IMG/VR virus record: IMGVR_UViG_3300020045_011376
Span: 1-36,450 of that record
Reading direction: 5' to 3' (one strand)
Source of the DNA: a virus
Taxonomy: Duplodnaviria; Caudoviricetes
Length of the DNA: 36,450 bases
Below the pieces are notes generated by a model that worked only from the letters and a program-made list of their open reading frames with translations, was not told the DNA's origin and made no database searches. The number at the start of each line of letters is the position of its first letter. Positions within the stretch are counted from its first letter, which is position 1. Positions 18,439 to 27,938 of the stretch are shown piece by piece. The position numbers and the translations under genes are program-made.

Positions 18439-18903
18439 TCAAGGAACGATTGTTAGGTCTTCGGTGTATTCAGTTTCCAGGCTCATCTCTAAGCCTAAGA
18501 ATAATAGATCGCCAGCAGCTATGAAGCTTATGCCCTGATCGCTTGGGACGATGGTCAGGTATGCAACCCCTCCGAGAGTCGAATCAAGGTAGAACTGCTT
18601 TCGAAGTATGTTGTGCTTTTCAAGTAGCTCTTGCTCGATAAGCGCCCGACGTGTGACATCGTTTTCAGTCGAATAGACTTGGTTCAAAAGGATGATCGTG
18701 AAAGCTCTTCTCCAAGAGACCACGCACCCAGTCGTTCTCTGCGTGTCTTCTCCTGGTCCAACGGCTAGGCCGTAGCCATTCCTTAGAATGGGGAATGCGT
18801 TGACTTCCGGCGCGTAGGGGTTTGACAAGCGCGTATACCCAGGAAGGTTAACCTCCAGAATATTTGTTATCGCATTATAGACGTCCGTTATTTTGGTGGT
18901 CAT
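18439..18903 (-). CDS. Tail terminator protein
   Basis: Size and position before tail tube; DSTLGG motif. Confidence 0.65.
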   Translation of the reverse strand: MTTKITDVYNAITNILEVNLPGYTRLSNPYAPEVNAFPILRNGYGLAVGPGEDTQRTTGCVVSWRRAFTIILLNQVYSTENDVTRRALIEQELLEKHNILRKQFYLDSTLGGVAYLTIVPSDQGISFIAAGDLLFLGLEMSLETEYTEDLTIVP

Positions 18904-19718
18904 CTTCTCATAAAGTCCGTTTTAAAATACCGCTCCTCAGGGTCAAGCCTGCCATCGCCATTGATGTCAGTATTGAAGAACTTAAGGTTCATCGCCTCGG
19001 TATATTTTTCACGCGCCTGCTTAACGTGCTCGAAGTATGGCTGACCAAAGGCTCTATATGCAAGCTCTGCTACCATGTGGCAGGCGGCATCCGTAAATAA
19101 GCTATAGTCGAGCAGCTGAGCCCTACTCTTGATGATGTCTTTTTTCTTAAGGTCGCGGACTATATTAGCCGCTGCCATGTAATGCTGCTCGTTCCAGTTT
19201 GTCTTGCCCGTCTTGAAAGCGTCCATCACCCTTGCGAGCAGAAGGTCAGGGTAGAAGCTTTGCAGCATGACATCGTCGGAGAATTTCTGGCCGATGTAGT
19301 TCAGTGCGGTAGTCCCGGTTAGGTTAACATTCCAGGAAAAACGCATCCAATACATGTTGTAGATCGACTTCGTCTCAAGGCCGGTCACATCCCTAGATAG
19401 GTATTCGAAGTTCCAGCCCTTGTTTACATCGGTGTTCCATTGAATCCTACCCGATGCTGTAAGGCCAGCCGTCTCATCGATCACGTCAACTGCGTCTGTC
19501 CAGCCATCGCCGCCGCCAAACCATATCTCAGGACGCACGGTCGCAGCTATTAAGTTCGGGACGTTCAGGTCAACATAGATGGTATTGAATGGGAAAACAG
19601 AGGCGATATAAAGGTATTGCCCGGCTTGGTATGGGAAAACATACTGGCCAGACCGGAAGTCATTGATGACAGCCGATATATCTGTCAGGCCGTGCAAGAC
19701 GCGCTGGTCTAGGATCAT
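18900..19718 (-). CDS. Head-tail adaptor-like protein with extra N-terminal domain
   Basis: Synteny; C-terminal helical part ending in a DINGDGRLDPEE Ca-binding-like loop. Confidence 0.55.
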   Translation of the reverse strand: MILDQRVLHGLTDISAVINDFRSGQYVFPYQAGQYLYIASVFPFNTIYVDLNVPNLIAATVRPEIWFGGGDGWTDAVDVIDETAGLTASGRIQWNTDVNKGWNFEYLSRDVTGLETKSIYNMYWMRFSWNVNLTGTTALNYIGQKFSDDVMLQSFYPDLLLARVMDAFKTGKTNWNEQHYMAAANIVRDLKKKDIIKSRAQLLDYSLFTDAACHMVAELAYRAFGQPYFEHVKQAREKYTEAMNLKFFNTDINGDGRLDPEERYFKTDFMRR

Positions 19719-19729
19719 CAGGACACCTT

Positions 19730-19767
19730 AACAAAAGGGCAGAGACCTCGTTGAGAAGCACTCTGCC
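19730..19767 (-). terminator. Intrinsic terminator after capsid and decoration genes
   Basis: GGCAGAG...CTCTGCC stem followed by CTTTTGTT on the minus strand. Confidence 0.6.
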
Positions 19768-19789
19768 ACATGCACCAATGAAGAAAGCC

Positions 19790-20218
19790 CTATGCCTCGT
19801 AGTATTCCAAGACGTACTCGATCACGCCAGCCGTGAGAGCCGCCGTGCCGATTGTCTGGAGTACTTTTGCAGCCGACGCTAGCTTGACAGGCAACGCGAG
19901 GACGTTAGGCGTTCCTTCTACCAAAGGAGGCAGGAGAACCGCGTTAGCCGTGAGGTTTGCAACCGCACCTTGCGTGGTGTTAAGGAACAAATCATCGTCC
20001 GCTGTAATTCCGATTTTCAAGGTGGCTGAGCCGCCTGATGTGCCGGCTGTTTTTACAACGGCAGAGAATGCAGTGATGATGATGTCACGGCTTGCTTGGA
20101 AGATATCTAAGGCGCCAGTGGCGCCAGCATCTTTAGAGAAGTCATAGCGCGCCCGAACGATGACTTTTTCATTTTTAAACGTAGAACCTACGATCTTAAC
20201 GTCTGCAATAGCTGCCAT
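19790..20218 (-). CDS. Capsid decoration / cement protein
   Basis: Small beta-rich Ala/Thr/Gly protein downstream of the capsid gene. Confidence 0.6.
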   Translation of the reverse strand: MAAIADVKIVGSTFKNEKVIVRARYDFSKDAGATGALDIFQASRDIIITAFSAVVKTAGTSGGSATLKIGITADDDLFLNTTQGAVANLTANAVLLPPLVEGTPNVLALPVKLASAAKVLQTIGTAALTAGVIEYVLEYYEA

Positions 20219-20395
20219 TTATTTTCCCTTTTTTTTCTGTGCGGTATTGACCACGATGTAAGCGCTCGCCTTGGTTCCAGTGTGGATGAATTGAACTATT
20301 TTCATAGGCTCTTTCATCCGTTGGAGCGCCTCGATGAGCAACTGCGGGGAGTCTTCAGTTATGCACTGAAGACCCGCTAATGATTCATTGTCCAT
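20219..20395 (-). CDS. 58-aa hypothetical protein (not in ORF track)
   Basis: MDNESLAGLQ...AQKKKGK; ATG overlaps the capsid TGA and TAA abuts the next ATG. Confidence 0.65.
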   Translation of the reverse strand: MDNESLAGLQCITEDSPQLLIEALQRMKEPMKIVQFIHTGTKASAYIVVNTAQKKKGK

Positions 20396-21249
20396 CAAGA
20401 GCCGCGGACCCTGATGTGTTTGACAGCGCCGCTGATGCCGAGAGCAGCACCAAAGACCATGTCAACCGACATCACGATGCCGAATTTTTTCTGAGAATGA
20501 AGATCAGAGATTTTTACTTGGACTGCTGTTTGCGAAACCATGTGCATAAAGTCAGGATGGAACAGTAGACCGTAATCGACTGCTCGGCTGTTATCTTCGA
20601 AGATGTTGAAGCCGAAGCGCTTCAGACCGATTTGACCAGAGATGACAGGAGCGTCTTGCGCGCCGTAATCGCTTGAAGTCAGCGTCTGAGCATTCATAAG
20701 GTCAGAGTAATAGGACGGATCAAGGAGAGCATACCAGCCTGGATTCTGAAGCCACTTAGCTTGTGCTGCCAATAGACGGCAAGAGGCAAGCTGAGCCGCG
20801 TTGAAATCGGTGCTGACAAGCTCGTGGTCTGGCGCGGATGTGCTAGGCGCGACGAGCGTATAGAGATAATCATTGATCTGCTTCGCCATAGCAAACTTAA
20901 GGGATTCCATGACTTCAGGATTGTCGCTAGAGATTTGACTCTGTAGCTCGACGAGGTCCTGGAATTCATAGGCCGCTACCGCACGCTTGTTAGCGACGAT
21001 GTCGATCTTGGAAGTGGAGACCGACTCGGTTTGGAAGCTGTCAGCGTTGACGCCAACAGTAAGCAGCTGGCCAGTTGGAGCATTTATCTGCGACACGCGA
21101 ACGGTATCGCCTTGACGCCTAATCTCTCCATCGTATTTTTTGTCGACGAGTGAGCCTAGTAGAAGGCTTTCACGAAGCTGCTTTGTGAAGATCGGTGACC
21201 AATACTTTTGAATCTGATCCGCTACTGCTACCAAATCGGTCGAAGCCAT
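20395..21249 (-). CDS. Major capsid protein (HK97 fold, P22-coat-like)
   Basis: KYWSPIF...VDKKYDGEI..QGDTVRV motif; follows scaffold. Confidence 0.9.
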   Translation of the reverse strand: MASTDLVAVADQIQKYWSPIFTKQLRESLLLGSLVDKKYDGEIRRQGDTVRVSQINAPTGQLLTVGVNADSFQTESVSTSKIDIVANKRAVAAYEFQDLVELQSQISSDNPEVMESLKFAMAKQINDYLYTLVAPSTSAPDHELVSTDFNAAQLASCRLLAAQAKWLQNPGWYALLDPSYYSDLMNAQTLTSSDYGAQDAPVISGQIGLKRFGFNIFEDNSRAVDYGLLFHPDFMHMVSQTAVQVKISDLHSQKKFGIVMSVDMVFGAALGISGAVKHIRVRGS

Positions 21250-21273
21250 GCAATACCCCTAATTATTTGTTGG

Positions 21274-21858
21274 CTAGTCGGATATCTGATCCGGTCGCCA
21301 TTTAGTCATTTCTTTAGATGGAAGTTTCATCCACTCTGCCCGCGAAATGCGGTTCGCTCCCCCGCCAGGAGCATCATTAGGCAAGCCTGATTTTTTCGTC
21401 TGTATCCACTCAGGATATTGCTTACGAAACTTCTCGGCAGCCCTGTTAACAGAGACCTCATCGACTTCCCCGGTCTCGGGGTTAACGACGATGTCATCTA
21501 TTTGATCTATGAATTTGTAGAATTTTGGGTCAACAGTTCCCGGCAATGCCTTGAGTAGACTTGAAAGCTTCAGGCGGTCGGTCTCGCGTTGAGTGAGTTC
21601 GTGGAGTTTCGAATTTTTATCGGCAAGTTCTTTTTCTTTTTGCTCGATAATCTTTTGATACTCGCCCTTCTCCTCAAGTGCTTTCAGCTTCCGAGCTTCC
21701 TCGGCAGCCTCTAGCTCAGCAAGCCTTGCGCTAGCTTTCTTCTTCTCATCGAGCAGCTTCGCATGGGTTTCATACGAGACTGTCTTGGGCTTCGGGTCGT
21801 CGTTCCCACCGGGATTGACGTTTGGATTCTCAGAATCCGGCGTGGTGTTGTCTTCCAT
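21274..21858 (-). CDS. Scaffolding protein
   Basis: Coiled coil with LEEKGEYQK motif; short C-terminal helix pair; precedes capsid gene. Confidence 0.82.
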   Translation of the reverse strand: MEDNTTPDSENPNVNPGGNDDPKPKTVSYETHAKLLDEKKKASARLAELEAAEEARKLKALEEKGEYQKIIEQKEKELADKNSKLHELTQRETDRLKLSSLLKALPGTVDPKFYKFIDQIDDIVVNPETGEVDEVSVNRAAEKFRKQYPEWIQTKKSGLPNDAPGGGANRISRAEWMKLPSKEMTKWRPDQISD

Positions 21859-21894
21859 TCAATTCTCCATGAGTTATCGGTGCATGTCAATATA

Positions 21895-22395
21895 TTACCT
21901 GATGAGCTTCCGTTTTTTGAGAAGGTCACCAAATTGCCTGCGATAGAAGCGGAGGACCTGTTTGTATTCAAGCTCGCTCACGCGGTTGAAAGGTCTGCCC
22001 TGGTCTTCCTGGTAGCCAGCGACCTCGGCGTTTGTCAGCGATGAGCCGCGTCTTGTCCCACTTGGTCCGATAGCTACGCGCCCGTTCTGAGTTCGAAGGG
22101 TCTTGACGCTTTGGAGCATCTGCCCTGTCCGGGTCAGGTTTGATTTGCCTGCCGTGGTCGTTGGGGAAAGCCCTTTGAATTTTTTTCTGGATTCCTTGTA
22201 AGGCTCAGAAAGCTTTTTAAGGCTGGCTTTACTGCCGAAATCTTTCGCTACGCCATAGCCTAGGCGCGTTCGCTTGACGATAAGCCCTACCGTGAAATCG
22301 CCAGTGGCCTTCATTACCGAGGCTTTCCCTGCGTCCTCGGTCGCCTTACGGATGCGATCCATGATCTTGCCGAAACTACGAATTGGATCACTCAT
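21895..22395 (-). CDS. Virion morphogenesis / neck-like protein, paralog 2
   Basis: Basic; LSEPYKE...NLTRTGQML...AGYQED.GRPF motifs. Confidence 0.65.
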   Translation of the reverse strand: MSDPIRSFGKIMDRIRKATEDAGKASVMKATGDFTVGLIVKRTRLGYGVAKDFGSKASLKKLSEPYKESRKKFKGLSPTTTAGKSNLTRTGQMLQSVKTLRTQNGRVAIGPSGTRRGSSLTNAEVAGYQEDQGRPFNRVSELEYKQVLRFYRRQFGDLLKKRKLIR

Positions 22396-22576
22396 CGTCT
22401 AGATCTGCAATTAAATCCCATGTTTTGTCCCTAGCCTCTCGCCAATCAATTCCAAAAAGGACGCCAATTATATTCTCGATTGTCCCGCGTCTGCCGTCCC
22501 ATTCGTAATTTTCGTGGATCAGGGACACCCACTCTTCCATAGTCTTTCCATCGACCTTAAGAATTGGATCTGACAT
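22388..22576 (-). CDS. Small acidic hypothetical protein
   Basis: Tiles between neighbours with short overlaps. Confidence 0.6.
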   Translation of the reverse strand: MSDPILKVDGKTMEEWVSLIHENYEWDGRRGTIENIIGVLFGIDWREARDKTWDLIADLDDE

Positions 22577-22988
22577 ACCGCACCAACTCCTTCAGTTTGC
22601 CAGGTTGAATTCCAAGGAAGTCACGCGCCTTCTTTCGGTTAGGCTCGCCCCCGTAGCTGCCTAGGATGTTTCCCTCTGCCTTGTCGTTTTCATCGCTACC
22701 CCTTTCGAAGCCAATGCGAACCGATCCCTTAGCGTCTTTCAGTAGCTCGATCGCTGCGAGCATGTCGCCCGATAGCTCGAGGTTGACGTTCCCCTTAGAT
22801 TTGCCAGCGTTTTTGAAGTCGAGGGATTTGAGGTAGCTCTCCGAGTAGCCAGGGAACTTCTTGCCTGACTTGTCCACGCCGCGATTGGTGCGGTCATAGA
22901 TGTGCTCAATGATCAGGTCGCCTAGCTCTCGCCTTTGGGCTGGCTTGAATTCTGGCGGTATTTCGATGTCTATCTTTTGCCAGGCCAT
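22557..22988 (-). CDS. Virion morphogenesis / neck-like protein, paralog 1
   Basis: GVDKSGKKFPGYSESY...VNLELSGDML...ARDFLGI motifs. Confidence 0.7.
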   Translation of the reverse strand: MAWQKIDIEIPPEFKPAQRRELGDLIIEHIYDRTNRGVDKSGKKFPGYSESYLKSLDFKNAGKSKGNVNLELSGDMLAAIELLKDAKGSVRIGFERGSDENDKAEGNILGSYGGEPNRKKARDFLGIQPGKLKELVRYVRSNS

Positions 22989-23097
22989 TGCATCCCTCTC
23001 CTGTCTTGCACGTTGGATCTTCCCAGTCGTTTGGGTTAGTAGCGAGAAAGGCGAGACGACCGCACTTTACGCAAATCACCTTGTGGGCTTTTTCCAT
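22906..23097 (-). CDS. Small Cys-rich protein
   Basis: GGAG RBS after the portal stop; CVKC...C...C; overlaps the next gene by 83 nt. Confidence 0.45.
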   Translation of the reverse strand: MEKAHKVICVKCGRLAFLATNPNDWEDPTCKTGEGCNGLAKDRHRNTARIQASPKARARRPDH

Positions 23098-23106
23098 TGA
23101 TCTCTC

Positions 23107-24516
23107 CTATGCGGAAAGTTCCTTATCGTCTTGAATAATTGGATCGGCAACAGCTTCCGGCTCGACAACAGGCTCAGCTGCTCTCTCCTCGGCAATCTCA
23201 GCGATGAGCATGTCAACCTCGGTCTCAGTCATCTCGGGATTGAGCTTGATCATTGCCCTGCGCTTCGAAGTAAAGCCTGCAACATATTCCTCGTTCATAT
23301 CCTTCACAACCTGCCCGCGTGTCTGTGATGGCAATTGGATTGCAAACGTGGTCGACACGGTAGCATTAGGAGAGAAGTTGGCAATCTGATCAATCTCTTT
23401 CCGCGACTGCCAATAGGGAAGCATGTGGTGCATGATCAAATCCCAAAGGTCGCGCTCGGCATGCTCGAAGTATGAAACCTGTTTTTCCCTGGCCTCATAG
23501 GTATCCATTTCGTCGATCACCTTAGAGATGCCGCTGGCCATTTGCGAAGGGTCAAGGCTACCAATCGAGCCTGCGCGGATGCCTTTGGTTCCTAGCCACA
23601 TCGAAAGCTCGGATTGGATAAGGTTTAGGACCTGGTCGTAATCGACGGTCGGTTTGATTTGCCCAATCTCTGGCTTCTTCTCAGATGCTGGGTCAGATGT
23701 GAATCGCCAGAAGGCGTTTGGTGCCATGACCAAATTCTCGTCATTCATATCGATACCGTAGAGGATCGAGAAGGACTGGAACATCGCGGCAACGTTTAGA
23801 TCGGTCAGCATCACCGGCAACAGCTTCACGATACGCAGCGTGTCGGTATCAAGCTTAGGCTGGACGCGGTATTTCGATTCGTTCACATACACGAAGGGGA
23901 GACGACCGATAGGGTTAACCCCTTCCTCGTTATCCGCTTGGACCATTAGCTCTCGCTCGATTTCCCCCCTTGCGTTTGAAATCATGAAGCCGTCTTTTGA
24001 ATACGTGAAATAGATTTGCTGCTCGTTATGGAAGCCAGCCTTGATAATGATATGCGTGGGCTTCTCTGGGCAGACCGGGTCTGTGGAATAGGCGATGAAG
24101 CGGTCGTTTAAGATTACCCTAAGCCCAGGTTTACCATCGTGGACGTAAGGCTGGATGAGAGTCGCTTTCGATAGGTTGAATAGCTCATTACCTGAATTCA
24201 TTTGGGTATTGGCATCGATTTTGTCAACGAACCAACTCAATAGCTTAGCATCTGAATCCGTTCCATCGAGGATTTCACGCGTGACGCTCGTCTGGTAGAT
24301 GTTCGTAAGCTTGTCCACGTATTTCGGTAGGACATTGATCGGGCAAAGCCGCGCTAAGGCATGCGTCAAGGTCTGGCCGCTAAGCTGCTTCGATAGATCG
24401 TCTTCGATGTAGGAGGTCAATTCCCCCTCGAAGATTTCGATTAACTCTTCATTCATGGCCAAATATTTGGCATTTTTTTCAACGATTGCTTGCACGTTCT
24501 GAGGCGAAAGCATCAT
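23107..24516 (-). CDS. Portal protein (SPP1-like)
   Basis: 469 aa after TerL; NPIGRLPFVY and ASGISK motifs; acidic tail. Confidence 0.9.
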   Translation of the reverse strand: MMLSPQNVQAIVEKNAKYLAMNEELIEIFEGELTSYIEDDLSKQLSGQTLTHALARLCPINVLPKYVDKLTNIYQTSVTREILDGTDSDAKLLSWFVDKIDANTQMNSGNELFNLSKATLIQPYVHDGKPGLRVILNDRFIAYSTDPVCPEKPTHIIIKAGFHNEQQIYFTYSKDGFMISNARGEIERELMVQADNEEGVNPIGRLPFVYVNESKYRVQPKLDTDTLRIVKLLPVMLTDLNVAAMFQSFSILYGIDMNDENLVMAPNAFWRFTSDPASEKKPEIGQIKPTVDYDQVLNLIQSELSMWLGTKGIRAGSIGSLDPSQMASGISKVIDEMDTYEAREKQVSYFEHAERDLWDLIMHHMLPYWQSRKEIDQIANFSPNATVSTTFAIQLPSQTRGQVVKDMNEEYVAGFTSKRRAMIKLNPEMTETEVDMLIAEIAEERAAEPVVEPEAVADPIIQDDKELSA

Positions 24517-24527
24517 CCTTGATCCCT

Positions 24528-25892
24528 TCAGAGTATCGTTGTGGATTGCTTCGGTCTTGATGTTCTATTTATGCAGAATACAATAGCATATCCGATAGCG
24601 GTAGTAATATGCTGAAAGGCCTTGGAGTCATCTTCAATATAGTTCCCGCCCGCTTTCAGCTTAACCAGCCTCATGCCTTCATCTGCTACCGCACAGCCTC
24701 TATAAAAATAGAGGCGCCGGTCGCCCACAGCGTTCTTACAGTACGCATTTACGCGGTTGTGTCGAGTTCGAAGCGGTGGGTTTGCCGGTGGGACGCCGTA
24801 AATATATTTTAAACCCCTGTCCGATAACTCTTTCATAATGATGTCATAGTCGGACCTGGTCGACCGCGTGTCCCTGTTCTTACCCGCGCTATCGCCAGTG
24901 ATCAGGTATTCGTACTCTGGCTTGAGAAGGCCGCGTCCGTCCCAGTCTTCTATAATCTGTGCGGTTCTCGCGCCGTGGATCACCGCTTCCCCAAAGCCAT
25001 GGAACTGGTCATCGATGTGCTGGAGCATGATCGCCGACATCGGCTTGCCGTCCCCGATGTTGAAGTCGAAGGCCAATATGACTTGATGCTTTGGATCGAT
25101 TTGGTATTCAACCGTCTTTCGATACTGGGCTTGGGAATCGTACTCGTAATAGATGACCTCGCCCTTAAGCTCATTCCATTGCCCATCGAGGTAGCGCTCG
25201 GCTTCCTTTGGAGACATGTCCTCCCTCAGCTGGCGAACGTAGGTCGGATCGAGGAAGGGATTCTGCTCGGTCTTAGAATAGAAGACGTGCCGATATGGAT
25301 GTTTTGATCCGTTAGAGTTCGGCTCTATGAAGTACTTCCATACCCAATGCCCAGGCGCGTCTGGGTTTGTTGCCGCCATGAGGATGTTCTCTGGGACGTG
25401 CGGTAGGCGGCGCAGACGTGCTTTGAGTTGCTTGAAGGCTTCCTCGTCCTGCTCATCGTTCTCAACGATCTCCTCGATGACGAGCATCGATAGCTTTAGG
25501 GATCGGAACTTCTTATAGCGCTTGTCTGCCCAGGTAGCCGTGATCATCTCAGAGCCGTTTTTAAAGCGCAGGGTATTCGAGGAGCGGTTGATGCGGTAGT
25601 GCCGTCCCTCGATGAAGTCCAGTTCCATGTGCTCCAGGACTTCCTTCCATATCGTCCGCTTCAAGTCTGGCAACGATCGACGGGCAATGCAGACCCTAGC
25701 ACCTGGGTATTCCACGCAGTGACGGATGAGAAGATGAGCCATCAGTGTCGATTTGGCGCTTCCGTAAGACCCTGATAGCAAGACTTCCAGGTTTCCCTGC
25801 GAGAAATCAAAGCGATCGATCAAATCGCAGACCGCCTTTTGATAGGGGATCACGTCCGGCGAGAACTTCGTGAAGAACGGCTCGGAATTCAT
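24528..25892 (-). CDS. terL: Terminase large subunit (PBSX-like)
   Basis: Walker A GSYGSAKS, Walker B LVIEE, ATNP coupling motif, nuclease AFDFN. Confidence 0.95.
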   Translation of the reverse strand: MNSEPFFTKFSPDVIPYQKAVCDLIDRFDFSQGNLEVLLSGSYGSAKSTLMAHLLIRHCVEYPGARVCIARRSLPDLKRTIWKEVLEHMELDFIEGRHYRINRSSNTLRFKNGSEMITATWADKRYKKFRSLKLSMLVIEEIVENDEQDEEAFKQLKARLRRLPHVPENILMAATNPDAPGHWVWKYFIEPNSNGSKHPYRHVFYSKTEQNPFLDPTYVRQLREDMSPKEAERYLDGQWNELKGEVIYYEYDSQAQYRKTVEYQIDPKHQVILAFDFNIGDGKPMSAIMLQHIDDQFHGFGEAVIHGARTAQIIEDWDGRGLLKPEYEYLITGDSAGKNRDTRSTRSDYDIIMKELSDRGLKYIYGVPPANPPLRTRHNRVNAYCKNAVGDRRLYFYRGCAVADEGMRLVKLKAGGNYIEDDSKAFQHITTAIGYAIVFCINRTSRPKQSTTIL

Positions 25893-26272
25893 CCCGCGTC
25901 TTTCGATCGAGAGTAATTCATATTGAAGGGATCCTCTGGCGTTAGATCGCTTTTAGGCTCTGCCCAACCGAGGCGACAACGAAGCCAAAACGTAGTCATA
26001 AACGGATGTTTTTCAGAGATTGCCATGTTGAAAGCAGACATCATAACTTTTGAGGCAGCTTGAGCGCGACCCTTCTCTAGTGCCTCAGAAACCTTTGGAT
26101 CTTCGGACATTCGGCGATCGAGTGTCGCTTTGGATACATCGAGCATGTGAGCTATCTGCTTGATCGTGAGACCGATACCGGCGAGCTTGGTCGCCATCTT
26201 AAGCTGGTCGTCCGTAAGCTTGAGCTTAGGACGACCTTGCGGACGCGCCGAGCTTTTCTTTTTGCTGGCCAA
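25889..26272 (-). CDS. terS: Terminase small subunit
   Basis: GRPK plus HTH (GLTIKQIAHMLDVSKATL), EALEKGR, FWLRCRLGW; overlaps terL start. Confidence 0.85.
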   Translation of the reverse strand: MASKKKSSARPQGRPKLKLTDDQLKMATKLAGIGLTIKQIAHMLDVSKATLDRRMSEDPKVSEALEKGRAQAASKVMMSAFNMAISEKHPFMTTFWLRCRLGWAEPKSDLTPEDPFNMNYSRSKDAG

Positions 26273-26301
26273 GAAGCACCCCGTTTGTAATTGCTTCCCT
26301 G

Positions 26302-26310
26302 ATTATAGCA
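26302..26310 (-). promoter_or_regulatory. Extended -10 promoter element upstream of terS
   Basis: TG-C-TATAAT in a 40-nt intergenic gap; no good -35. Confidence 0.55.
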
Positions 26311-26312
26311 CT

Positions 26313-27266
26313 TCAGACGCCATTCCAGTACAGCTTCTCACGACTGTTGTTCGCTGATTCCTTGGACTGTCCTTTGCTTGACAACTTCACGGCCTTGCCG
26401 ACCGAATAAACAAGCTTGAAACGTTTGTCAGGGATGTTGTATTCGGAGACGTAGACTGGGAAAGGACGAGACATAGCCCAGTCGTAGAATGCCCTGTGAT
26501 CGAATTCCTTAATGTAACCAGCTGTGCCAGCATAAGGGATATCACAGTAGACGACAGAGTTCGGTTTGATCTCTACCTGACGATAGTCTAGCGATGAAAA
26601 TGTCAACCGCTCCAACTGCTGCAAACGCTCCAACTGCTGCAAACGCTCCAACTGCTGCAACTGCTCCAACTGCTCCAACTGCTCCAACTGCTGCAACTGC
26701 TGCAACTGCTGCAACTGCTCCGCGTCAAGCATTTTCCTATCGACATCAAGACCATTCTTCTTTCTTAAGAATGTCACCCTTTGCCTTTGATAAAATCTCC
26801 GATCTTTAATCGATCTGACTTCATTGGGCCAAACAGAAAAACCTAGAATCTCTTTCGCCAAAGCATCGAACTGATCGAATACGACAGCCATGTGCATGGA
26901 TTTTTTAAGAGGCTCGACATCTTTCCCGAAAAGATAATTTTTCTGATTGTTTCCGAACGACCATATCAACCTAATATAAGCGTCAGAGTTTTTTTCTGCA
27001 AAAAACCTCTCTCTAGAAATCCATTCGGGTCTATAGTCGCCGCCATATTCCCCCGCGATAGCTCTCTTTACTAGGTCTGCTGTCGTTGATTCAATCTCGT
27101 TATAATGAAACGTTTTATATTTATGAGACCTATGCTTAAGCATGAAGTGTGAGACAGAAAAACCACCCCCGAATAGGTCGTAGAAATTATCGGCTGTAGG
27201 CAGGTTCAAGGCGATAGATTCAACGATGTCAGACTTTGATCCCATATAAGGAATACCGAACTTCAC
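26313..27266 (-). CDS. DNA adenine methyltransferase (Dam/D12-like) with LQQ/LEQ/LER repeat insert
   Basis: PYMGSK, DLFGGG (SAM binding), YCDIPY (DPPY variant), VYVSEY. Confidence 0.88.
   Translation of the reverse strand: MKFGIPYMGSKSDIVESIALNLPTADNFYDLFGGGFSVSHFMLKHRSHKYKTFHYNEIESTTADLVKRAIAGEYGGDYRPEWISRERFFAEKNSDAYIRLIWSFGNNQKNYLFGKDVEPLKKSMHMAVVFDQFDALAKEILGFSVWPNEVRSIKDRRFYQRQRVTFLRKKNGLDVDRKMLDAEQLQQLQQLQQLEQLEQLEQLQQLERLQQLERLQQLERLTFSSLDYRQVEIKPNSVVYCDIPYAGTAGYIKEFDHRAFYDWAMSRPFPVYVSEYNIPDKRFKLVYSVGKAVKLSSKGQSKESANNSREKLYWNGV
26608..26720. repeat. In-frame 9-bp tandem repeat in methylase
   Basis: CTCCAACTG / CTGCAACTG / CTGCAAACG units. Confidence 0.9.
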
Positions 27267-27892
27267 GCTTTCACCTTGAATCCTCGATCACGTAGCTCTA
27301 GAAAGAGAGCCTCCTGATCGCCAAGACTTTCAAACGTGACCGTAATGGTAATGGCTTGATCTTTATTCGGATCGACATCGGAAGGCGGGCTGTATTCAAA
27401 CTCGATCGATTCTTCCTTAGGCCTCCTGTCGTCTTCCCCAATGACCTGATGATCCTCGTTTCTATATTCGTTGCCAGCTGCTGCCTTGAGAATCCCAGTC
27501 CCTAGAAAGTCTAAATCAAAGCCCGTAAGCTCGATGTCAAACTTCATATCGGCCAGGTCGGTGAGTTCTCCAATCAGGAATTCCTTGTCCCATTCGGCAA
27601 ATTCAGACGAGCGGTTATCCATGATCCGATAGGCTTTGGCGTCTTCCGCTGACATGTCCGAAGCGATATGCACAGGGACCTGCTTCATCTTCAGCTTTTT
27701 CGCCGCAAGAAGGCGGGTATGACCGACGACGATAATCATGTCCTTATCGACAACAATGGGCTGTCGCCAGCCGTATTTGCCCAGGGACTTCACGACCTGG
27801 CCAATAGCCGCCGTGTTCTTTCGCGGGTTCTTCTCATAAGGCTTAAGCGCGTCAATCGGAAGCATTTCGATTTTCATCGGAATTCCCATCAA
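27263..27892 (-). CDS. ParB/Srx N-terminal domain protein
   Basis: LKPYEKNPRKN, GWRQPIVVD, GHTRLLAA, AYRIMDNR; this type commonly sits beside methylase and terminase genes. Confidence 0.9.
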   Translation of the reverse strand: MMGIPMKIEMLPIDALKPYEKNPRKNTAAIGQVVKSLGKYGWRQPIVVDKDMIIVVGHTRLLAAKKLKMKQVPVHIASDMSAEDAKAYRIMDNRSSEFAEWDKEFLIGELTDLADMKFDIELTGFDLDFLGTGILKAAAGNEYRNEDHQVIGEDDRRPKEESIEFEYSPPSDVDPNKDQAITITVTFESLGDQEALFLELRDRGFKVKA

Positions 27893-27938
27893 GGAAGCCC
27901 ACCTCGTCCATAGGATCGAGGTGACTTGGATTCAGTGA

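Noticed and set aside
21862-21890. TTGACA-17-GAGAAT promoter before the scaffold gene
   Set aside because: The -10 is poor, coincides with the RBS and lies only 3 nt from the ATG.
27263-27892. ParABS partition system
   Set aside because: Only the ParB N-terminal domain in the usual methylase/terminase context; no ParA.
305-27913. Numerous + strand ORFs antisense to late genes (e.g. 2418..3047, 13423..14016, 26594..26809)
   Set aside because: Fully overlap well-supported minus-strand genes and show no motifs.
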